In this document: in pieces, positions 49,061 through 55,537 of the stretch | Layout: each line of letters opens with the position of its first letter | How positions within the stretch are numbered: position 1 is the stretch's first letter | From: Actinomycetales bacterium | Lineage (GTDB): Bacteria; Actinomycetota; Actinomycetes; Actinomycetales; Microbacteriaceae | Length of the DNA stretch: 55,537 nt | Direction of reading: 5' to 3' | NCBI GenBank assembly: GCA_038203515.1 | Contig: JBBRDX010000001.1 | Location: forward strand, 1 to 55,537 | Position numbers and translations under genes: made by a program | The notes under the pieces: generated by a model | Database searches by the model: none | What the model saw: the letters and a program-made list of their open reading frames with translations, nothing else | What the model was told of the DNA's origin: nothing

Positions 49061-49978
49061 ATGTCGACGGTTTCCCCCCTGCTCGTTCCGTTTCGTGAGT
49101 GGCAGACCTGGGTTCGGGTGACGACTCCGGACGAGCCGCGCGCGGGGGCGATTCCGCTCGTAATCCTTCATGGGGGGCCCGGGATGTCGCACGACTACGT
49201 GCGCAACATCGAATCCCTCGCCGACGAGACCCATCGAACGGTCATCCACTACGACCAGCTGGGCTGCGGGCAGAGCACGCACCTTCCTGACGTGCCGACG
49301 GAATTCTGGACCCCGCAACTCTTCGTCGACGAATTCGAGAATCTCGTGCGCCACCTGGGCCTCGAGAAGGTGCACGTGCTCGGGCAGTCCTGGGGCGGCA
49401 TGCTCGGGGCAGAGATCGCGGTGCGCCAGGTTCCTTCGGTGCAGAGCCTCGCGATCTGTAATTCACCCGCGTCGATGCAGCTCTGGGTCGAGGGAGCCGC
49501 CGAGCTGCGAGCCCTGCTTCCGCCGGAGGTACGGGATGCCCTCGACCGCCACGAAGCGGACGACACGGTGACCGACCCCGAGTATCTGCACGCGACAGAG
49601 GTCTTCTATGCGCGGCATGTCTGCCGGATCGTTCCGACACCCCAGGATCTCGCGGACAGCGAGGCCCAGATGCTGGCAGACCCCACGGTGTATCACACGA
49701 TGAACGGGCCGAACGAGTTCCACGTGATCGGAACCCTGCGTGAGTGGAGCGTTATCGATCGCCTGCCCCACGTGACGGTACCGACCCTCGTGGCAGCCGG
49801 CGAATTCGACGAAGCGACGCCCGCCACCTGGCAACCGTTCCTCGACCTGATCCCCGGCTCGGTCGGCCATGTCTTTGCGGGAGCAAGCCACTGCACCCAC
49901 CTGGAACAACCGGAGGAGTTCCGGGCGGTAATCGCCCGCTTTCTCGAGACCCACGACACACAGCAGCACGACCAGTAA
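49061..49978 (+). CDS. Proline iminopeptidase / L-amino acid amidase family hydrolase
   Basis: LHGGPG, YDQLGCG, GQSWGG, MNGPNEF. Confidence 0.92.
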   Translation: MSTVSPLLVPFREWQTWVRVTTPDEPRAGAIPLVILHGGPGMSHDYVRNIESLADETHRTVIHYDQLGCGQSTHLPDVPTEFWTPQLFVDEFENLVRHLGLEKVHVLGQSWGGMLGAEIAVRQVPSVQSLAICNSPASMQLWVEGAAELRALLPPEVRDALDRHEADDTVTDPEYLHATEVFYARHVCRIVPTPQDLADSEAQMLADPTVYHTMNGPNEFHVIGTLREWSVIDRLPHVTVPTLVAAGEFDEATPATWQPFLDLIPGSVGHVFAGASHCTHLEQPEEFRAVIARFLETHDTQQHDQ

Positions 49979-50031
49979 CAGCAGCTCATCCGTCGTTCCC
50001 CTTCACCCCCGTTCAAGAAAGAGAGTCATCC

Positions 50032-51471
50032 ATGTCGATCCGCAGTGATTCCCCGGGCGCTCCCGAGCTCAGCTCGCAGGAGCAGCTCGAGTCTTATGGC
50101 TACAAGCAGGAGTTGAAGCGATCCGTCTCCACGACGGACCTGCTCATCTACGGCCTGATCTTCATGGTGCCGATCGCGCCCTGGGCCATCTTCGGCACGG
50201 TCTACAACGCCTCCGCCGGAATGGTGCCGCTCGTCTACATCATCGGTCTTGTGGCCATGATCTTCACAGCCCTGGCCTATGCGCAGATGGCCAAGTCCAT
50301 TCCGCTGGCCGGATCCGTGTTCTCCTACGTTGGCCGGGGCATCAACCCGACCTTCGGATTTTTCGCCGGCTGGGCCATCCTGCTCGACTACCTGCTGGTG
50401 CCGACCCTGCTCTACGTCTTCGCTGCCGAATCGATGATCGGCATCTTCCCCGGATCCGCGCGCTGGATCTGGGCGCTCATCTTCGTCGCAATCAACACGG
50501 TCGTGAACCTCCTCGGCATCTCATCGCTCAAGCTGCTCAACCGGATCTTCCTGGCCATGGAGGTCGTGTTCATCGTGATCTTCGTGATCATCGCGGTCAT
50601 CGCCCTCAACAACGGCACGATCCCCGGCGCCGAATTCACGACCCTGTCGGTGTGGGACTCGAGCAAGGTGACCGGCCCGCTCATCGCCTCTGCGCTCTCG
50701 ATCGCCGTGCTCAGCTTCCTCGGTTTCGACGGCATCTCCACTCTCGCCGAAGAATCGACCGGAGGTCGGAACTCTGCGGGCAAAGCCATGATCATCGCCC
50801 TGTTCATCGTCGCGTTCTTCTTCGTGCTCGAGACCTGGCTGGCGAGCGCCCTCGCGGCCGGTCGTGCCTCCTTCCCCGACAGTGAGGTGGGCAACGCCTT
50901 CTTCACCCTCGTGAAGGAAGCCTCCAGCAGCGGATGGGCCACCGCGTTCTTCGTGGTGAACGTGCTCGCCATCGGTATCGCGAACGCAATGGCGGCGCAG
51001 GCGGCGACCTCGCGCCTCCTCTACTCGATGAGCCGGGACCGCCAACTGCCGAAGTTCCTCAGCACGATCAACAGTCGCCAGGTCCCCCAGGCGGCGATCC
51101 TCACCGTCTCGGTGCTCTCCGCCATCCTCGTGCTGTTCTTCGTCGGACAGATCGACGTGATCGCGTCGCTCGTCAACTTCGGCGCACTGTTCGGTTTCAT
51201 GCTGTTGCACGCCTCGGTGGTGGTGCACTACATCGTGCGTAAGAAGTCGAGGAACTACCTGTTGCACCTTGTCGTGCCTGTCGTCGGATTCCTCATCATC
51301 GGGTACGTGCTGCTGAACGCCAATGACGCGGCCAAGATCGGGGGCATCGTCTGGCTCGTCGTCGGCCTCGGGGTGTACCTCTACTACCGCTGGTCGGGAC
51401 GCAAGACGCCCGTCCTGGGAGCGGAGGCCGCGGAGGTCGTGCCCGCCACCGGAGAGCGCGGCGGGCAGTAG
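50032..51471 (+). CDS. APC family amino acid/polyamine permease (PuuP/PlaP-like)
   Basis: GLIFMVPIAP, AGSVFSY, SFLGFDGISTLAEE. Confidence 0.93.
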   Translation: MSIRSDSPGAPELSSQEQLESYGYKQELKRSVSTTDLLIYGLIFMVPIAPWAIFGTVYNASAGMVPLVYIIGLVAMIFTALAYAQMAKSIPLAGSVFSYVGRGINPTFGFFAGWAILLDYLLVPTLLYVFAAESMIGIFPGSARWIWALIFVAINTVVNLLGISSLKLLNRIFLAMEVVFIVIFVIIAVIALNNGTIPGAEFTTLSVWDSSKVTGPLIASALSIAVLSFLGFDGISTLAEESTGGRNSAGKAMIIALFIVAFFFVLETWLASALAAGRASFPDSEVGNAFFTLVKEASSSGWATAFFVVNVLAIGIANAMAAQAATSRLLYSMSRDRQLPKFLSTINSRQVPQAAILTVSVLSAILVLFFVGQIDVIASLVNFGALFGFMLLHASVVVHYIVRKKSRNYLLHLVVPVVGFLIIGYVLLNANDAAKIGGIVWLVVGLGVYLYYRWSGRKTPVLGAEAAEVVPATGERGGQ

Positions 51472-51474
51472 GCC

Positions 51475-52395
51475 ATGGAACACTTCCTCGACAAGAGCTA
51501 CGGCCAGCCCGGCTTCTCGGCATCCGCACCACCCGTTCTGCGCATCGCACCGGGCACGGGCGAACGCATCGGATTCGAGACCAGCGACGCCGTCTACGCG
51601 GAGCTGCACGAGCATCACGACATGTCCAGGCTCACGGCGCAGATCAACCCCGTGACGGGGCCGGTCTGGGTCGAGGGCGCGAAGCCGGGTGATGCGCTCA
51701 AGGTCACCATCCACGAGATCCGTCTGGGGGACTACGGCTGGTCGGTGAGCATCCCGGGCTCCGGCGCCCTGCAGCATGTGATGGGGGCGGAGATGTTCAC
51801 CCGCCGGATACCGATCGATGCCGACGGCGTGCACGTGACCGACCGGCACGTTTTCGCCCCGCTTCCCATGATCGGGTGCATCGGCACGGCGCCGGCGGAG
51901 GGTTCGAACTCCACGCTCATGCCGTCCTACCCCCAGGGCGGCAACATGGATGTCACGGAGGTACGCCCGGGGTCGATCGTCTACCTCCCGGTGATGACCG
52001 AGGGCGCGCTGCTGTCGATCGGCGATATCCATGCCCTCATGGCGGAGGGTGAGTCGTCGTTTGTCGCGATCGAGGCCGAAGGCGTCGCGGTGGTGAGCAT
52101 CGAGCTCGTGCCGGGAATGACCCTTCGCGCTCCGCGCATCGAAACCGCCGAGGAGTGGATCTTCGTCGGCCTCGGGGATCCGGTGCAGGAAAGCATCCGC
52201 CGTGGCTATGAAGACCTCTTCGGTTTCCTGGTCGACGATATGCTCTGGGACCGGGGCGACGCCTACGCCGTGCTGAGTGCGGTGGGCCACTCGCGGCTCG
52301 GCGGCCCGACCGGTGCCGTCGCGCCTGACCCCCTTCATCCCTTCAACGCGGTCGGGGCGGTGACGCTGCATCGACTTCCGAAGAGTGTGCTGTGA
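51475..52395 (+). CDS. Acetamidase/formamidase family protein
   Basis: NPVTGPVWVEGAKPGD, PMIGCIG, GGNMD, GDIHA.M.EGE. Confidence 0.92.
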   Translation: MEHFLDKSYGQPGFSASAPPVLRIAPGTGERIGFETSDAVYAELHEHHDMSRLTAQINPVTGPVWVEGAKPGDALKVTIHEIRLGDYGWSVSIPGSGALQHVMGAEMFTRRIPIDADGVHVTDRHVFAPLPMIGCIGTAPAEGSNSTLMPSYPQGGNMDVTEVRPGSIVYLPVMTEGALLSIGDIHALMAEGESSFVAIEAEGVAVVSIELVPGMTLRAPRIETAEEWIFVGLGDPVQESIRRGYEDLFGFLVDDMLWDRGDAYAVLSAVGHSRLGGPTGAVAPDPLHPFNAVGAVTLHRLPKSVL

Positions 52396-52398
52396 GCC

Positions 52399-52749
52399 TC
52401 AGCCCCACCCGAGGTCGTGCAACTCGTCGTCGTCGAGCCCGAAGAAGTGCGCGATCTCGTGCACGAGAGTCACGTGGATCTGGTCTTTCAGCTCCTCGAA
52501 GTCTTTCGCGACAGCGAGCAGCGGCTCCCGGTAGAGGATGATGCGGTCCGGCAGCTCCCCGAACCCGTAGTTGCCACGGCGGGTGAGGTCGACGCCATCG
52601 TAGAGCCCGAGGAGGTCGAGCGAGCCGTCTTCGGGGCGGTCCTCGGTCACGAACACGACGTTCTCGAGCCCGTCGACCATCTCGTCGGGCAACAGGTCGA
52701 GCTCGTCGACCACCAGCTTCTCGAACTCCTCCGCGCTCAGCGGGTGCAT
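52399..52749 (-). CDS. Zincin-like metallopeptidase family protein (DUF1025)
   Basis: LLGLYDG, PDRI.LYR, HEIAHFFG. Confidence 0.92.
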   Translation of the reverse strand: MHPLSAEEFEKLVVDELDLLPDEMVDGLENVVFVTEDRPEDGSLDLLGLYDGVDLTRRGNYGFGELPDRIILYREPLLAVAKDFEELKDQIHVTLVHEIAHFFGLDDDELHDLGWG

Positions 52750-53228
52750 CAGCGATCCAGGCAGTCGACGAGAGAACTCTGCACGAAACCGAGCCAGTCG
52801 TAGAGATCTCGCAACACCGCATCCCCTGATTCCACATCGCCATCCGTCTCGATGCCCAGTCTGGCGGCAATCGTCAGCCGGATATCCGTGAGCGACCGCA
52901 CCCAGGCCTGGGCCGACTGTGCATCCACCTTCACCGTCGTGGCCGACATCGCTCCGGCTGCTGGTGCCAGGTCGACGACGATCCGGCGCGCGTTTGCGGC
53001 CTTGCGGGTTGCGAGGTCGTCCGCGGTGAACCGGCGGAATTCTGCCGATGCCTCGGCATCATCCGGGTAGGCGTCGGGAAGCAGGCGCAGCAGCGCGGGA
53101 TCGGTGCCGTGCGAGGCCCGGTTCTCGATCAGGTCGGAGACTTGGGAGGCGAGCAACGACAGGGTGCTGGCCTCATCCGGATCGAAGACCGCGACGAACC
53201 GGTGGCGGGAGCGGCGGAAGGCCTTCAC
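52749..53228 (-). CDS. DUF2017 family protein
   Basis: DPAL.RLLPDAY, EFRRFT, LTDIRL...RLG, YDWLGFVQ; usual clpS neighbour. Confidence 0.9.
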   Translation of the reverse strand: MKAFRRSRHRFVAVFDPDEASTLSLLASQVSDLIENRASHGTDPALLRLLPDAYPDDAEASAEFRRFTADDLATRKAANARRIVVDLAPAAGAMSATTVKVDAQSAQAWVRSLTDIRLTIAARLGIETDGDVESGDAVLRDLYDWLGFVQSSLVDCLDR

Positions 53229-53238
53229 TCGTCTGCCC

Positions 53239-53523
53239 TCACGCGTCTGCCTTGGCCAGGGTGGCCCATAGCCCGAAGTCGTGCATCGCCTCCACGTGCC
53301 GTTCCATATCCTCGCGACCGCCGGTCGCGACCACCGCGCGTCCGTCGTGATGAACCTGCAACATCCGCACGTCCGCCTCGGCCCGTGAGAACCCGAAGTA
53401 GCTGCGGAACACCCACGACACGTAGTTCATGAGGTTGACCGGGTCGTTCCACACGATGGTGACCCACGACGAATCGAGCACGGTCGACTCGACCAGTTCG
53501 GTTTGCTCGAGAACATCGCTCAT
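53239..53523 (-). CDS. clpS: ATP-dependent Clp protease adaptor ClpS
   Basis: VWNDPVNLM.YV, ML.VH..G, GLWATL. Confidence 0.95.
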   Translation of the reverse strand: MSDVLEQTELVESTVLDSSWVTIVWNDPVNLMNYVSWVFRSYFGFSRAEADVRMLQVHHDGRAVVATGGREDMERHVEAMHDFGLWATLAKADA

Positions 53524-53544
53524 GGTTCAACCCTCACACATGCA

Positions 53545-53574
53545 GAATGGCCCCGCGTGAACGCAAGGCCATTC
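53545..53574 (-). terminator. Hairpin downstream of tRNA-His
   Basis: gaatggcc / ggccattc arms with inner pairing on the minus strand. Confidence 0.65.
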
Positions 53575-53600
53575 CGTGCTGCGCACTGCGCAGCTCCCTG

Positions 53601-53674
53601 GGTGACCGACGGGGCTCGAACCCGCGACATCCGGCTCCACAAGCCAGCGCTCTACCAACTGAGCTACGACCACC
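53601..53674 (-). tRNA. tRNA-His (GUG)
   Basis: (G)GTGGTCG-TAGCTCAGTTGGTAGAGC-G-CTGGC-TTGTGGA-GCCGG-ATGTC-GCGGGTTCGAGCCCCGT-CGGTCAC-C; encoded G-1 and C73; follows orn. Confidence 0.95.
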
Positions 53675-53858
53675 ATGCGTGCCGTCCACGATGATTCGCG
53701 ACCGACACAACTCCGCAAGCTTATTACAACCGCAGAAGTTTTGTCGCCGCGACTCCCGACCCGATCGAGCCCGAGTGCCAATATCGCAGGTCGCAGAGCA
53801 AGTTTCAGCTGCAAAATTGACCCCTCGGCTCCCACACAGTCCGAATTCAGCCGCGGCT

Positions 53859-54482
53859 CTAGGAGAGGTGCGGCAGGAACTTCTTGACGACGGATTCGGA
53901 GATGGCCTGCACGTCGTCGGTGGTGGGGCCCGGGTCGGCCACAAACACGGCCTTGCGGTAGTAATCGAGTTCGCGGATCGACTCGAGGATGTCGGCGAGT
54001 GCCCGGTGCCCGCCATTCTTGACCGGCGCATTGAAGTAGACCCGCGGGAACCAGCGTCGCGAGAGCTCCTTGATCGACGAGACATCCACATTGCGATAGT
54101 GCAGGTGGTTGTCGACGCGCGGCATGTACTTTGCCAGGAAGGTGCGGTCGGTGCCGATGGTGTTGCCGGCGAGCGGAGCGTGCTGTTCCGCGGGAATGAA
54201 TCCCAGGATGTACTCGATCACCGCGAACTCGGCATCCGCCAGGCTCACACCGTCGGGAATGGCCTCGATGAGACCCGACTTGGTGTGCATGTCGCGAACG
54301 AATTCGCCCATGTTGTCCCACGCGGCCTTGTCGGGCTTGATCACGATCTCGAAGCCCGGGTCGATGAGGTTGAGGTCGAAGTCAGTGATGACGACGGCGA
54401 CCTCGACGAGCTCGTCGATGCTGACATCGAGGCCCGTCATTTCGCAGTCGATCCAGACGAGGCGGTCGGTGTTTGCTGGCAT
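53859..54482 (-). CDS. orn: Oligoribonuclease
   Basis: VWIDCEMTGL, MHTKSGL, LHYR.VDVSSIKEL, HRALADI.ESI.EL. Confidence 0.97.
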   Translation of the reverse strand: MPANTDRLVWIDCEMTGLDVSIDELVEVAVVITDFDLNLIDPGFEIVIKPDKAAWDNMGEFVRDMHTKSGLIEAIPDGVSLADAEFAVIEYILGFIPAEQHAPLAGNTIGTDRTFLAKYMPRVDNHLHYRNVDVSSIKELSRRWFPRVYFNAPVKNGGHRALADILESIRELDYYRKAVFVADPGPTTDDVQAISESVVKKFLPHLS

Positions 54483-54552
54483 CCGTGAATTCTATCGTCG
54501 GGTACCGATGCCGGCGGCTCGAGGCCCGGCCGGCATCGGTATCCGGGGGCGA

Positions 54553-55537
54553 TCAGGCGAGTTCGCCCACGCCGATGGACTCGGCCTCATCGATGAGCGA
54601 TTCCGGCCCGTTGTTGACCCGCTCAAGGAACCGCACTCCCGAGAGCACCAGGATTGCGGCGATGAGCACGCATCCGCCGGCGACGTAGTACGGCACCGAG
54701 GGGGTGAACCAGATCGCGAGCTGCGCGGCGAGAGGGGGAGCGGCCGCGCCCCCGAGGAAACGCACGCCGGAGTAGGCGGACGACGCGACCGAGCGCGGCA
54801 GCTCGGTCGCCTCCATCACGGACTCGGTGAGCACCGTGTTGAGAATGCCGAGCAGCAGGCCACCCGCGATGACGCAGACGATGAGGCCAACCCGGCTGCC
54901 CGCGAAGACGCCCGCCGCCACGAGGTCGAGGGTGAGCAGGGGGAGCACGATCGTGAGTGCCGTGGTGCGCGGGAACCGGGCGGTGAGCAGCGGCGCGATC
55001 CACACGGACGCGATCGCGACGCAGAGTCCCCAACCGAAGAAGATGAGGCCGAGCTGGATGGCGGCGCCCTCCTTCGGCAGGTCGAGCGCGAATGGCGTCC
55101 ACGCCAGGAGTGTGAAAAAGCCGACGTTGTAGAACAGCGCGGCTGCGGCGAGGATTGCGAGCGCCGGATGAGCGAGGGCCCGGAACGGAGCCGAGAACTT
55201 CGTCGCCACCCGCGCGGATTTGTCTTCTGTGCCGAGTAGCACCACGATCGCGGCGAAGGCGATCGCCATGAGGGCCGCGGTGCCGAAGAACGGTCCGCGC
55301 CAGCTCACGCTGCCGAGAAGGCCACCGAGCAGCGGGCCGATGGCGATCCCGAGCCCGAGGGCGGCTTCGTACAGGATGATCGCCGATGACGTGCCGCCGC
55401 TCGCTGCCCCGACGATGGTCGCGAGCGCCGTCGAGATGAAGAGTGCATTGCCGAGGCCCCAGCCCGCTCGGAACCCGATGACCGCCTCGACGCTGCCGCT
55501 CAGCGCCGCGAGAAACGCGAATACGACGATGAAGGCC
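54553..55537 (-). CDS. MFS transporter, 5' end outside window
   Basis: Frame open to the window end: GWGLGNALFISTAL...YEAALGLGIAIGPLLGG...SWRGPFFG; multiple TM helices. Confidence 0.9.
   Translation of the reverse strand, partial: AFIVVFAFLAALSGSVEAVIGFRAGWGLGNALFISTALATIVGAASGGTSSAIILYEAALGLGIAIGPLLGGLLGSVSWRGPFFGTAALMAIAFAAIVVLLGTEDKSARVATKFSAPFRALAHPALAILAAAALFYNVGFFTLLAWTPFALDLPKEGAAIQLGLIFFGWGLCVAIASVWIAPLLTARFPRTTALTIVLPLLTLDLVAAGVFAGSRVGLIVCVIAGGLLLGILNTVLTESVMEATELPRSVASSAYSGVRFLGGAAAPPLAAQLAIWFTPSVPYYVAGGCVLIAAILVLSGVRFLERVNNGPESLIDEAESIGVGELA

Noticed and set aside
50521-52371. 616-aa minus-strand ORF and similar long shadow ORFs (e.g. 3320-4333, 44532-45758, 54109-55239)
   Set aside because: Antisense to well-supported genes, with no motifs.
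53524-53700. Prophage or island integrated at tRNA-His
   Set aside because: Flanked directly by core genes orn and clpS; no integrase or duplicated tRNA 3' end seen.

Overview
High-GC actinobacterial chromosome segment. Gene content and order (clpS-DUF2017, orn-tRNA-His, treXYZ, many leaderless genes) fit the Microbacteriaceae, probably a cold-habitat lineage (inference). The standout is a microbial rhodopsin (3242-4207, minus) with a DTE helix-C motif, an intact retinal lysine, an Arg at the bacteriorhodopsin T46 position and a long C-terminal tail. These are hallmarks of the CryoRhodopsin clade. It lies directly downstream of a 105-aa putative transducer gene, with two small three-helix-bundle genes further upstream, suggesting a light-sensing module. 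An accessory islet between dinB and treZ carries an inverted-domain photolyase with a 4-Cys motif, an extra D-Ala-D-Ala ligase and a collapsed toxin-antitoxin remnant. Other features: a frameshifted osmoprotectant ABC operon and several other pseudogenes, a 46-bp perfect inverted repeat bracketing the 5' end of an MmyB-type regulator, a CarD paralog, Dps, a TPP riboswitch-ECF operon ending in a kinase and a rhodanese, a FadR-regulated amide-catabolism cluster, REP-like hairpins and short tandem repeats at gene ends. No CRISPR array, rRNA, integrase or transposase was seen. Family calls come from motif recognition only; no database searches were run.
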